DNA of 56,939 bases from Girardia tigrina (lineage: Eukaryota), in NCBI GenBank assembly GCA_001938485.1, contig MQRK01230279.1, positions 86,633-143,571 on the forward strand. The letters run 5' to 3'. This document shows, one piece after another, positions 1 to 12,046 of the stretch (position 1 is the stretch's first letter; each line of letters starts with the position of its first letter). Under the pieces are notes generated by a model. That model searched no databases and was not told the DNA's origin. It was given only the letters and a program-made list of their open reading frames with translations. The position numbers were made by a program, and so were the translations under genes.

Positions 1-110
1 GGACAAAGTGTATAGAGCTCAAGGGAGACTACGTTGAAAAATAAAATGATTTATTTATCAAAAAATCTGTGTTTTATTCCAAAAGTCACGGACTTATTGA
101 CCCGCCCTCG
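1..110 (+). mobile_element. 3' end of a mariner (DD34D-type) element
   Basis: 3-44 translates TKCIELKGDYVEK*, a typical mariner C-terminus. TIR-like end ...GACTTATTGACCCGCCCTCG is followed by TA (111-112). Confidence 0.85.
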
Positions 111-204
111 TATATTTTAAATTATTCATTAATATATTTTAAATTATTCATTATTATATTTAAAATTATAAATTAGATAACTGAACAAAATACTAGTGCA
201 AAAA

Positions 205-310
205 GGTTGATTTATATGAAGCAGTAGTTTGGATTTCAAAAGAATGGAATAGTTTAAAACCAAATAACTGTAACTATTTCCAATTTTTTACCAAGTCTTT
301 CAAAAATGCG
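205..310 (+). mobile_element. pogo/Tigger DDE C-terminal remnant
   Basis: LYEAVVWISKEWNSLKP, then after a frameshift TISNF; resembles the 'A..W..V...TI.NCF' motif of pogo/Tigger transposases. Confidence 0.35.
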
Positions 311-771
311 TATGTTAAAGAAGTGAATCCTGGATGTGATGATTTTCCATGCTTTGAAATTAATCCAAAATTTGAGGAACACATCTTGTTTGATCTAGTA
401 GAAAAGTTTGAAAATAAATGTTCTGAAAATTTAGAAGCAAATGATAATTCTGTAAAAGAGGTGGAAGAAGATACAGTAATAAAATGATTCGAAGCATATG
501 ACAATGCAAAAAAACTTGAAAAATAATTCCAAGTTAATATTTATGTTAAGATGAACAGAATATAATTTGATTGATAAAATTGAAAGAGAAAAATCATTTA
601 GACAATTGTAAATCATAATTTATTATGAGTCAAATAAATAAAAATTGTGATATATTTTTTGTGAAATCTTTGATATTGTTAAGTTAATAGATGTTCATAT
701 TATTTTGTAATATAAACATTTGAAAAAATTGGAGCGCTAGTGTTTATATTGTACAGGGTTAACTGTATATA

Positions 772-1198
772 CAGTCAGGTGCAAAAGTTTGTGAGCGCTT
801 GTTTCTATTCTGCTTTTTGTTGTTGCACTGCATGTTTGTGTATTCCTTGTTAAGTATACATAAACCATTTAAATGATTAAATGCATATTTTATTTTTATT
901 GATTTTCAAGTTATAAATTGTCATTATTTATTTTAGAATCATGCCTATCCGCGACAAGGAGCTAACAACAGAACAGCGTGCAGCAGTTTGGCATTGCAGA
1001 AGCACGGTGTTTCTTATCGACAAATAGCTACAACTCTTAATGTTTCTATTGGAGTTGTGTGTCAGACTGTTCAGAGAAAAAGGGAGACTGGTTCCATATG
1101 TTCAAGATCTCGATCTGGTCATCCAAGGTCAATATAATTGCATTTGGGTACAAAAGATAATTTAACAACAAGGGTTTACAAACTTTTGTACCTGACTG
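772..1198 (+). mobile_element. Internally deleted Tc1-like element
   Basis: TIRs CAGTCAGGTGCAAAAGTTTGT / ACAAACTTTTGTACCTGACTG with TA on both sides. Frameshifted HTH N-terminus from 941 (MPIRDKELTTEQRAAV...SYRQIATTLNVSIGVVCQTVQRKRETGS..RSGHPR); catalytic domain missing. Confidence 0.85.
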
Positions 1199-1220
1199 TA
1201 CATAAATATATAATATTTAC

Positions 1221-1532
1221 TTCATTTGCAACATTTCCCATAAGATTTGATCCCCTTTTCAAAAATCTGGTTCCAGCAAAATGTCGACTTCGTCGTGCAA
1301 TCAAGCATACAATGATATCAATACAACCGGCCCCAGCTGATATACAAGACTGACCAACGTAGCCGTGAATGAGTGCCACTATCCAGGAGAAACCAATTTC
1401 TAATCTATTTTTCTTAGGTTTTAAAGCTTGAGGCCACAACGACCAATTCCACACAAATCGATCATTGATTAATAATTGTTGTTCGTTTATTCCATTGAAT
1501 ATTAGAAAGGAAGATTCATCCTTTTCAAATAA
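1221..1532 (-). CDS. FIG4: FIG4/Sac3 polyphosphoinositide phosphatase, coding exon 4 (gene continues beyond the left edge)
   Basis: 104 codons, cag| acceptor, |GTAAAT donor, phase 0. Contains FVWN..W..LIHGYVGQS and LIARRSRHFAGTRFLKRGSNLMGNVANE, diagnostic Sac-domain/FIG4 motifs. Confidence 0.92.
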
Positions 1533-1741
1533 CTGTAAATAAAAAATATAATGTAAAGTTGTATTTAACAGAAATACAAAACATTTTATCTTAAATAGAT
1601 ATTCTAAGAACATAATAAATACAATCACAATAAATTCATACAAAGCATTATAACGGATCATTAAATCAGTTTTAAAATTTACAGAATTTCGATAACTAAT
1701 CATTTTCAGAGAAAAATATACAGTCGACTCCGGATAATCCG

Positions 1742-1983
1742 GATAATCCGGTTTACTCGATACAATCTATGAATCTCTACTGTATAAATATTCGCATAAC
1801 TCGATATTCAAAACTCCGGATAACTCGATAATCCGGTTTACTCGATACAATCTATGAATCCCTACTGTATAAATATTCGCATAACTCGATATTCAAAACT
1901 CCGGATAACTCGATAATCCGGTTTACTCGATACAATCTATGAATCCCTACTGTATAAATATTCGCATAACTCGATATTCAAAA
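1742..1983. repeat. 85-bp tandem repeat (about 2.9 copies) in the Tigger left subterminal region
   Basis: Unit starting TAATCCGGTTTACTCGATACAATC recurs at 1744, 1829 and 1914; copies are near-identical. Confidence 0.95.
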
Positions 1984-2350
1984 TAAAAAAGCAAAAGCAG
2001 GGCCAGTTGAGAAACATAATTTTCGATTTTTTATGTGAATCTATTAAATGTTAAAAAATACATGTAATATTTAATTAATGTAATATGTTGTGGAATTAAA
2101 AACAATTACAATTTGTTTAAGTGTTTAAAATTGTAAATTTGTATAAATCAAACTTTTTGAAATTTGAAAATCGGTCTTTGTTAAATAAAAACGACATTTT
2201 ATATAAAAGTGTGATTGTTTTATTTCAAGTTTGTTGAAAAACTAAAGATTTCGATTTTATTTCGAACAAAAGTTAAAACAATAATACAATACAATACAAT
2301 AATTAATTCAATTTTAGTTTAAAATATCCCTGCTCCTAACACTGACAGTA

Positions 2351-3174
2351 ATGGCATCAAAATCAAGTAGCTTTACAAGATCGTGCAGCAGTAAAACCAT
2401 TGCAGAAAAGCAAGAGATTGTTCAATTCATCATCTCCAATCCTACCTGGAATCAAAAGGATGTGTGTTCCAAATTCGGATTAAAGCAGTCTACATTGATA
2501 ACTTACTTGAGTAATAAAGAAAAAAATCATCGAAGAGTATCAGAACATGGACTTGGCATTAAAGAAGAAGAGAAGTCGTCCTTCGAACTACAAAGACGTA
2601 GACGCCGCTCTGCTAATGTGGTTCAAGCAGAAACGTGATGTTGTTCTGTGTTTGGATGGCGAGATACTGCGGACTAAGGCCACTGAATTTGCAACAATGC
2701 TGGGCTTAGAAAAATTGGACGAGAATGGAATAACATTGTCGTTGGAAAATAACCGTTGGAAAAGTCGGCATGACATTCTGTTCAAGGTTAGGTCAGGTGA
2801 GGCAAGATCTATAAACAATGAAATGGTCTCGGATTGGAAGGAGAACCGCCTACGAGATATTCTACGCAATTACAGGGCTGAGGACATATACAATGTAGAT
2901 GAAATCGCCTTATTCTGGAAACTTCTACCAGATCAGACATTTTCTTTCAAAAAAGAAAAGATTCACGGAGGAAAAAAAATCCAAGGAGCGAGTGACCATA
3001 CTTGTAGGCGTTTCAATGACAGGGGAGAAACTCCCATTTCTTGTCATTGGTAAATTTATCAATCCTCGCTGCTTCGAAATCCGGGATGATTGGCACAATC
3101 TTCTGAGAATGGCTTCAACGATGGGACCACATCTGGACAAGAAAAGTAATTCTAATCGTTCACAGATCAATTGA
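2351..3174 (+). pseudogene. Tigger transposase pseudogene (frameshifted, truncated)
   Basis: Three overlapping frames: HTH_psq-like (TIAEKQEIVQF..), DVDAALLMWFKQKR..GEILRTKA, IYNVDEIALFWKLLPDQT, KSKERVTILVGVSMTGEKLPFLVIGKF.NPRCF. Confidence 0.9.
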
Positions 3175-4639
3175 ACATGGCTCGCAGACTTCTAAACTTT
3201 GTCGAGGAATCTGCCTCTGTTAGAGTGAAGTAAACATTAATTACTAAGTAGTGGTAATGTTTGAGCTGCTCATTAAAAATGTGAAATGAATTAATTGAAT
3301 AAAGGACTAATTTTATTTATCGTTATTGTTGTATTTATACTTTTATGATTTGTTATTGAAACATAGTATAAATTATTATTTGTTTATTATTGCTTTTTAA
3401 CATTTATTACTGCACACATCAACCTCTGTAGATATGTATATTCTGTAGTATATCATACCTGTACAGAAGAATTACTGATTATCTCAACACATGGATATCG
3501 GAAAGGTTGTTCGGTTATCTCGATATTCGCTTAATTCGATAAGTTTCAAAAGTCCCAAACATATCGAGTTATCCGGAGTCGACTGTAATTATAAAATCTC
3601 GAGCTTATAAAATAAACGTTCAAACTTCACTTTCTAGAACTTTAAGAGTGTCAAGTTCAGAGAGACGTCTTTTAATGAAATTATATCCAGAAATTGAAAA
3701 AGTGTGCAACATTTAAAATAAAAAACTATTAAATCCAAAAAAAATTAATATCCATGTTTTATGTGTGCAGAACTCTACTAGATCAACAGATTTTTTTGTT
3801 ATCTTTTGTAGGAGGGAAAATTACTCGACATTTTTTAAATAAATTTATTATGTTATTAGTAACTAATTAAATCTTTTGTAGAAGAGAAAATTTCATTTAA
3901 ACAATTTTTTTCAACCAAAATTTTCACATTATTATTTATTGTCATCGAAAATGAGGGAGTGTGCAAAGTTTGGAGAAAATTTATTGAGGCCTTCAAAAGC
4001 AATCACAATTTTAAAAAGGCCTTCAAAAATAGGTTTCTAGTTTCCATGGATACATATATAGTAAGCAAGCTAATATTAAAGCATGGAATACGTTAATTCG
4101 CACAGAAATAATAACAAGAAAAATACGCTGTAATTAATTCTTATATTAAACTTTTCTTAATTCTCATGAGTTAGCCAGAGAACAAGTAAATGAATTTGAA
4201 TGGATTTGGTTGAGTTTTAATGTTCCTTAATGTTTCACTCAAAAAAATAAATATCAAATTACGGAGTTCGAATCTACATCTTAAATTTTGAAATCTTATT
4301 TTGGAAATTCCGCAATCAATTTTCAAAGGAGTTCAAATTTAAAAAAGAAATTTCATTGATTTGTAATATAAAACTGCCAACTGTTTATACAGTTAATATT
4401 TATTTCAATATTGGTTATGTGGAAATTCAACTTACAAGCAAAAAATTATCTTAGTTTGTTGCGTTATTTATAAGTTAGGCATTATAGAATTTCAACTCAA
4501 AAGCGAATAATCGATCACAAAAAAACATCGTGACAGGAATAACAACGAGAACTCTTGAAAAAATATATTTATCCGTACACGTTGTGATAACTTATTCTCC
4601 AGCGGGGACAGGTCGTTTCTCCTCCGACGTTTGTAACAT

Positions 4640-5340
4640 TTTTATCATTTTCAGAAGGATTTTTATTTTTATATAATATATCAGTAACCACTTAGTGTAT
4701 TGCATGTGAGTAACATATTTGATTAATTATTAGTGACATTTGGCCAAATTGTTTCATAACCGCAGCACCATCACTTGTTGCTGCAACTATGTTTTTATGT
4801 TGTCTCAGCATCACAAGATCATGCTATCGAAGCTAATCTTAAATTAAAATTTTTTTCGACACTGCGTAAATTGATATTCAAATATCTGCTGTGTATCTTG
4901 CTAATCCATTCATTTAGAGTTATGGAAAACTTTCTATAATCAGTTTTCATAGAATCTAATTCATTTATTGTTTCATTTGTAACACATTCATAAAATGAAT
5001 AGATAAGGTCCATTACTTGAGAATTTTTTTGTAGTATAAAATATAATCGTTGTTGCAAAGAGTCTCGTATGAACAAACTTGACAATCCATCAGAAGAAGT
5101 ATGTTTTGATACAATTTCTTTTAAAGTACTCCTTTGCTGAAAATTATTGATAATAGATTGTTTTTGTGGACAATGAGAAAAACTCCAATTCAGTTCGGCA
5201 TCATACGTTTGTCGTTTATCGACTGTTCCTGATTCTTTGTCGGTTATTTTATTATGAGCAGTTTTCAGACGATTGTGAAGGCCACTTGTAGATTATTCTT
5301 TGTAGAGTAACATTTATTTAATTTTAAATTGACGTTTTTC
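4640..5340 (-). mobile_element. hAT transposase remnant (BED-finger region to first catalytic motifs)
   Basis: Minus strand: STSGLHNRLKTAH (BED-like), FSITLNEWIS..RYLNINL (degenerate 'SLTxDEWTS'), IVAATSDGAAVMKQFG. Confidence 0.65.
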
Positions 5341-5725
5341 ATTATAAATTGAGAATTCTTAATTTTAAAATGAATCAAAATTCAATCTAAAATGAAAAAA
5401 AAATCCCAAAATAAAATGTAAACACGATATTATAGATGATTAATTCTGATTATCTTAAATATGAGCTCAAAGACCGGTTAGAATTCTGTAATTTTCATGA
5501 AACAAATCAGTATTAAAAACCGGAAAACTCTACCTAACTTTAATAATTTTAGAAGTATAAGAGGATATTAATATTTGTAAATAGATTTTGGAATAATTTT
5601 AACTTTGTAATACCTAGTTTAAAACTAGTGATTCTCGTAGAGCTTCTGTAGTAATTATAGATAATGTTCCATTATATTATTATTATTATTACTAAGTATT
5701 ATCAATATAAATAAAAAGTACTAAC

Positions 5726-5938
5726 AAACGACATATTGTATTGAACTGTGTTACTTAGGTCGTACGTGTAACTAAAATAATTGTCATTCGATAGATCGAC
5801 CGAATTAAACAATCCTAGGTAACTTTTTTCATCTGGGTGTTTGGTTTGAGGCAAATAATAGTTAAAATCCGTCTTTGTTGCATTATCCCATGGACTAGGG
5901 ACATTTCCTGGTAAATAGATCATTTTGGTTTCATCTAC
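5726..5938 (-). CDS. FIG4: FIG4 coding exon 3
   Basis: 71 codons, phase 0, tag|GTA ... TTT|GTTAGT. Translation VDETKMIYLP...HPDEKSYLGLFNSVDLSNDNYFSYTYDLSNTVQYNM matches the FIG4 'HPDEARY..F..VDL..NFYFSYSYDL' motif. Confidence 0.93.
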
Positions 5939-6429
5939 CTAAAATGAATTTGTAATAATAATAGTTGAGATGAAAGTATAATGTAACGAAATTGATAAAT
6001 TTACATGTTTACCCTTTAGTCCAGAGTATAAGATTATATAAAAAGAAGATTTATAAGTTCTTTAAGAAAACTTTTAATTGAAATTTTCAGATTGTGTAAC
6101 TTTACAAATTGTGTAACTAGCATATACTTAATAAAAAAGTAAGAAATTAATTGTAACAATAGTTAATTACAAATGAATCAACAAGGAGTCGCAAAGAAAC
6201 GATGAGTATCTCAATATTTGCCATGACACATTCATTGACTATTTGGAATCATATCATTTTAGAGCCTCTACACAATGGAAGAGGTGTCTTTAACAATTAA
6301 GCAACTCAGTAATATCAAAGCATAAAAGTCAAATGGGGTGATTGCAGAATTTTTAAATCGAAAGTTTACTCCCTATTTCGAAAACTGACTGAGGATTTTT
6401 CAAAAAATAAAAACATAAATGCTGTTTTT

Positions 6430-7500
6430 TGTCTAAATAATATGACGATTACAAAAGTACCTTTTCATATCTCTGTAAAAGAATTAATAAAGTACCAACA
6501 ACTGGACCCGACTATCAGTAACTTCCGTCAACCATCACAAACAAAAAGAAAAACCAAAAATGAACTCTGGGTGGATATATCCACCAAAATACCGAGAATC
6601 ATTCTACTCGATGACATCGGTTCCTAGACGTCGAAATATTATAGTCTCTGCCACCCAGGACCCAATGTTATAATTAAACTATTGAGCAAAAGATACATGT
6701 AGCCTAATTGCGAGCTAAAATTCGAAATTGGACAAGCAATTAATTTATATTAACAAATCAGAGTTTTACACTGCATCATCATAAGTCGAAAGAAAATGAG
6801 AACAGTGGACATCGATTTAGTTGATCCACTCCCAAAAAGGAAAGATAAAAATATTGTTTTACTATTATTGACCGGCACTCCAGCTGGAAAGATGTTCTTT
6901 TGAAATCTCCGAAACAATGGGAGGAAATGTAGAAATATCGATTTGATTCCCTTGAATGCATCATAAGCGACAATGGTCGACAATTTATGTCAAATATATT
7001 TAAAGAGTTCTATAATAGGTATGACATCAGTCATTAGCACACCACGTGTATTATCCACAAAGCAAAGGTAAAAGGAACAAATGCACGGAACTCTCAAAGG
7101 AAGCATTGTGTTTAACGCCGAGAAAAATTGATTAAGAAGACTACCACATGTTCTTCTAGGCTTGCGAAAGGAAGTCAACAACTTTAGACTCTCACCATCA
7201 CAAGTCTTGTTGTGCAAATCTATATGGCGGCCAGGCGATGTCATCATTCCAAACGTCAACCAATCAGATATCGAAATCTCAGACGACCAGTACTAATGTC
7301 AAGATCATTTCATCCAAAAAGATTTGATGACCTGTAAACAAGTTTGGGTAAGATGGAGCTCCGACGACCCCAGCATCTAATCTATGAAGGACCCTTTAAC
7401 GTACTACGACGATCAGACGATAACAAAGTAATCTCAATTTAAAGACACGGAAGAGAAACCAATATCTCCATTGACCGTAAAAAACCTACATTTCTCATAC
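6430..7500 (+). mobile_element. Degenerate Gypsy/Ty3 pol fragment (integrase region)
   Basis: Broken frames give SLCHPG (zinc-binding region), VDIDLVDPLP..KYCFTIIDR, LPHVLLGLR and YEGPFNVLRR (GPY/F). Confidence 0.7.
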
Positions 7501-8024
7501 CTACTTTTCCACATCTGAGTTTGGAAGTATATAGGCATAATTAATGCCAAATTATTTAAATTCAACTACATATATTAAAAAATAAAAGACTAATTATGTT
7601 GCTTAAATGTAATATTTGATTAAAATCAATAAAATTTTAAAAAGAACTTTATTCTTGATTTTTTAATGATTTCTAATAATTTGAATAAAGAGAAGATCTT
7701 ACACAATAAGATTTTGAATTGTTAAAATTCTGTATTTATATTGTTTAAGTAACAATATGAAAAGTTTGGTAATTAATAAATACTCTGTACAGATCTTTAA
7801 CCTTATTTTCATTAAGAATATAACAGTTATATTAATATTGAGATTCACAAAAACTGTTAGGAGCCGTATTTAACCAAGTACTAGTTTTCTTTCTGTGAAT
7901 CTTGGTCTCCTACGTATTTTTGCCTGTTCTATTAATAAATCCAGAAATGATAAATTATTAATATTTTCTGTTTCAGTAGTAAATTTAATATTCTGATACA
8001 GACAATTTAGGTACTTTTAAAAAT

Positions 8025-8059
<35 letters not shown>

Positions 8060-8062
<3 letters not shown>

Positions 8063-8522
8063 TCAAACCTCCTTATTTACCCCCTTCCAAATTTACCACT
8101 TTTTCTTCGCATGCCATTTGAAAATTGAGAATTTATATTATGAAAAATGTATTCGAGCAAATTATGAAAAAGGAAAAATAAACTGTTGAAAGGTTTAAAA
8201 AATATTGAAACGTTTTTATTTGACGAAAAGTCGAAAAAATTGAAAAAATAACTGATTATTTTAAATCAGTCTTATTTGGATTTTAGATAAATATTATTTG
8301 GATTTCTTCGCTTTTTTGTACTGTTATAATACATTATTAAGTTTAAAAAAAAGTGACTATAATTTTTTATAATTGTCCATTTCACAAACTGACATATACA
8401 CCAAAATATATAAAAATTAACCTAACATGTTACCAAACAATTATTAAATAACCAATAATACCTCTATAATTTACAACTTTTTTTCGACTCCCGGAAATTG
8501 ACAAATTACAGAGGGTTGACCG
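8060..8522. mobile_element. pogo/Tigger-like MITE
   Basis: Imperfect TIRs CAGTCAAACCTC / GAGGGTTGACCG with TA flanks (left TA is part of a (TA)n run); non-coding interior. Confidence 0.6.
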
Positions 8523-8828
8523 TATTTATGTGCATATATATATAAATTCATTGATAAGATAATGTTCACTGAATATTATTCTTTCCAAATATTGCAACAT
8601 GGACCAATTATTTTATGAAGGAACATTCATAAATAGACTAACAACATTAAAGGAAGCCATTTACTCATTTTTATTACTAATCTGATAAATTAAAATGAAG
8701 TAAACATTGCAAAATTATCCAAGCAAATAAAGATTCAGTTAATATCGACTTTAATTTATAATCAAGATATTTTTCTACTTTATATTGAGGTATTAACCAT
8801 AGATAATACAAGAAGTAAAGTTATATTC

Positions 8829-8859
<31 letters not shown>

Positions 8860-9171
8860 AAATCAATAAAGATTGGTTGGTTGAGAACTAACTATTTTTT
8901 AAGTGTTTACAAGCTCATTATCTATATATCATTATTACTAATTAAATTTGATAAAATTTTGACAGATATTCATTGTTTTGAAAAATAACTACATTCCATT
9001 TTTTATCTTTATCAATTTTAACAGATTGAACAATTTCAAATATTTTTCCTTTAAGAATACAATTAAAAACAGAATATTAATTATATCTTTTCGAAATAAA
9101 TGAAATTAAATAATGCAATTATGAAACATAGGATAATAAATAATTTAAAATAATTATTCAAACAAAATTAC

Positions 9172-9306
9172 TTTATAAATTTTATGTTGTCCCAGTTGAG
9201 CAACTTGAGATCTCTTCGTGATCATAATCATATAGTAACCCTGTTTAAATCTGACAAATCCGACGATTCCAAAAGCATTTTCTATTAATATCTTTGCCGA
9301 TGTCAT
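9172..9306 (-). CDS. FIG4: FIG4 coding exon 2
   Basis: 45 codons, phase 0, aag|ATG ... AAA|GTAATT. Translation [45 protein letters not shown] (compare FIG4 AFGVVGFVRFLEGYY..ITKR..IYK). Confidence 0.94.
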
Positions 9307-9649
9307 CTTTAAAAAGTTATATTAATAATGACTTAATAAAAGTTTTATTAATAAATTTTCAATATTCCAAACTAAAAATATATAATTTATTTGAACTTTG
9401 AGACCTTGGCACTATTAAATAAATTATGTTCACAATTTTTGAAAATTATGATAGAGTAGGAATATTCGTTTATTTCCTTAACTGACTAATTTGTTTGCAA
9501 AGGAAGTGTGAAGAACTGACAATTTTGTGTGTTGGAAATTATTTTTTCTGATTGTTTAGAAAAATAAATATTCTGATGTTTATGTGAAATGAAACAAAAA
9601 TGACCGAATACATTAGCCACGCACATAGACAATATTTATGTATTTAATA

Positions 9650-9683
<34 letters not shown>

Positions 9684-9873
9684 AAGAACGATAATGTACT
9701 CGATTTTTATTATTAATTTTTTTTGATAAAATCCTTGAGTGCCGTTTGGTAACTTAAAATAATTATTGAAAAAATTAAAAATTAATAATAAAATAATTTA
9801 AAATAACGATTAATTAATCAAAATAATGATCAATTAATAAAAAAATGAATAATTAATTAAAAATAATTGTCAA

Positions 9874-11337
9874 TTCTTCTTCTTTCTTCTTTTGGTCCTT
9901 AGCTGTTAGGTCGCGGGTGCACCTAATTATCCATAAGTCTTCACCACACCTTTCTATTTGTAGCTTATCTTTTCAGACCTTCCGTACTCAATCCACTCCA
10001 TTCTTATAAATCGTCTGTCTATTATCTCTTTGGTCTTCCTCTTCGTCTTTCTTCTACAACTCTTCCTTCAATCATAACCTTCGCTAGTGCTTGCTTTCCT
10101 ATCTTATATCCGTAGAATTTCAGCTTCATTCTCTTGATGGTCTTTTCTATTGATTCTGGTCTTTTACCTAGTATTTCTGTCACACTCCTCCAGACAAAGT
10201 CGTTTGTCTTCTTTTCTTTCCACGTATCACTTCATTTCAAACGCTTTAAATCTATCCATTCTCTTCTTATTTATTGTCAAACTCTCGCATTCATAGGGAA
10301 GTGTTGCCCAGACAATAACCTTAGTGATCTTTATTCTGCTCTTGTTGTTGATTTCTCTGAGATTAAAAACTGTGCTAAGCTTAATCATTGCGCTTCTGAT
10401 TACTTTTTCAATCCTCCATTCTCTGTGGTAGTAGAGCCTAAGTGTTTGAAACTCTTAACTTGTTCCAGCCTCTCCCCTTCAATGTCGATCTACAGATTAA
10501 ACTCGTTGTTACGGCTTCTTAATACCATTATTTTGCTTTTTTTTCTCTGTTGATTTTCATTCAAAATTTCTTTGAAACTTTGTGCAGTCTATTCGTAAGT
10601 TCCTAAATCTCTACTCCATCTTTACTAATTAGTCATATATCGTCAGCAAATCGTAGGTTGGTTATTCTTGTTCCAATGAAATTTGCAATTGCAGTGGAAC
10701 TAATCAAGAATGGAAGTGAAAATACAGAGACAATTCTCCATGCTATATGCAACAAAATTTTAAAAGGTGGAGTTTGTCCCTCACAATGAACTGAATCTAT
10801 CCGCATTCCTATACCGAAGAAAGTAAAAATTTGAAAGTGAAGCGACTTAAGATCAATTAGTTTGATCAGTGATACATCAAAGGTCATGTTGAAAGTATTA
10901 CAAAGATGAATCACACCGAATGTAGAATAAGTTCTCAGCAAGATGCAGACATGTTTAAGAATGGACAACAGCCATATAGTGCAGATAACCAATCTGAGAC
11001 TGATTTCTGAGAAAACCATAGACTACAAAAGAATAATTTGTCATAACTTTATATATTTTTAAAAGGCTTTAGAAAGAATGGCACGATGCACTATGGCACA
11101 CTATGAATAAGCACAACATGGGAAACATATTACGAAAATTATTAAGAGCCTTCAAGATGACACAAAGACAAAAGTGTTGACAAGTGAGCAATTTAGCGAC
11201 TGGTTTAAATCATCAGTTAGAGTAAGACAAGGTTGCATTCTTTCACCAACACTGTCTAAACTTTTCCTTTATAGAATTGTTATGGAAGCAAAAGACGATC
11301 TGAACGATGTGGGATTAAGCTGCGGAGGAACAAGAAT
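9874..11337 (-). mobile_element. RTE-clade LINE, 5'-truncated with 5' inversion
   Basis: (AAG)n-like tail at 9874. Minus-strand RT C-terminal half starts GTRITNLRFADDI (10674 downward). 10675-11337 is the adjoining upstream RT segment on the plus strand (IPIPKK, ISLISDTSKVMLKVL, VRQGCILSPTL, ending GLSCGGTR). Confidence 0.88.
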
Positions 11338-11770
11338 GATTAATTAATAAAAAAATAATGATTAAATTTTGAAAAAATGATAAATTAATTAAAAACAAAT
11401 GATTAATTAATCAAAAAATAATGAATAATTAATTGTAAAAACACTGATAAATTATTTTTAAAGTAATGATAAATTAATTTAAAAAACATAATTAAATATT
11501 CAAGAAATAAGGACAAAGTAATCAAAATCGAATGAATAATTAATTAAAAATAATAATTAATTAATCAAAAAGTAATGAATAATAATTTTAAAAATTACTA
11601 ATAAATTATTTTAAAATTAATAATAAATTATTTAAATAATAATGATAAATAAAATGAGGCAAATGATTGCTTAATCAAAACATAATTAATAATAACAAAT
11701 AATGAATAATAATTGCAATACGTATTGATAGATTATTTAAAAAATTATAATAATAAATCTAAAAATAAAT
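11338..11770. repeat. Degenerate AT-rich minisatellite (about 20-nt AATAATGATAAATTAATTAA-like unit), also at about 9760-9870
   Basis: Recurring aataatga(t/a)taattaat variants on both sides of the RTE insertion. Confidence 0.7.
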
Positions 11771-11821
11771 TTCAGTAAAATTCGGTCAATACTCAAATAT
11801 GATGTACAAATCAATTCTCAC

Positions 11822-12046
11822 AGAAATAATCGATTGAATCACCCCGGCGATGTTCTCGTAATTATATGTGTATTCGTCCTCGATTACATTCAAGAACCAC
11901 TCACTGCAATCGACTTGTTTTCCGTCCATCGTCCATCGAGATAATTTGAGAATTTTAAAAACGGTTTTCTCACAATTCGATCCGATAATAATTATTTGAT
12001 GAGGTGTTTCGTACACATCGAACGAATCGAGAACGGGAAATAACAT
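11822..12046 (-). CDS. FIG4: FIG4 coding exon 1
   Basis: ATG at 12046, 75 codons, TCT|GTGAGA donor. VYETPHQIIIIGSNCEKTVFKILKLSR...VIEDEYTY matches the FIG4 N-terminus (LYET...LVGSN....RVLKIDR...DD..VY). Confidence 0.88.

Larger units (their letters stand above)
1721..3585 (+). mobile_element. pogo/Tigger-family DNA transposon, internally deleted, in a FIG4 intron
   Basis: TIRs CAGTCGACTCCGGATAA / TTATCCGGAGTCGACTG with TA TSDs; CENP-B HTH and DDE_1 fragments inside. Confidence 0.92.

Noticed and set aside
1742-1983. CRISPR-like repeat array
   Set aside because: The units are contiguous with no unique spacers, the context is a eukaryotic TE, and there are no cas genes.
10134-10553. Plus-strand 139-aa ORF and similar antisense ORFs over mariner, Tigger and BEL elements
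   Set aside because: These are shadow frames opposite recognisable TE coding sequence.
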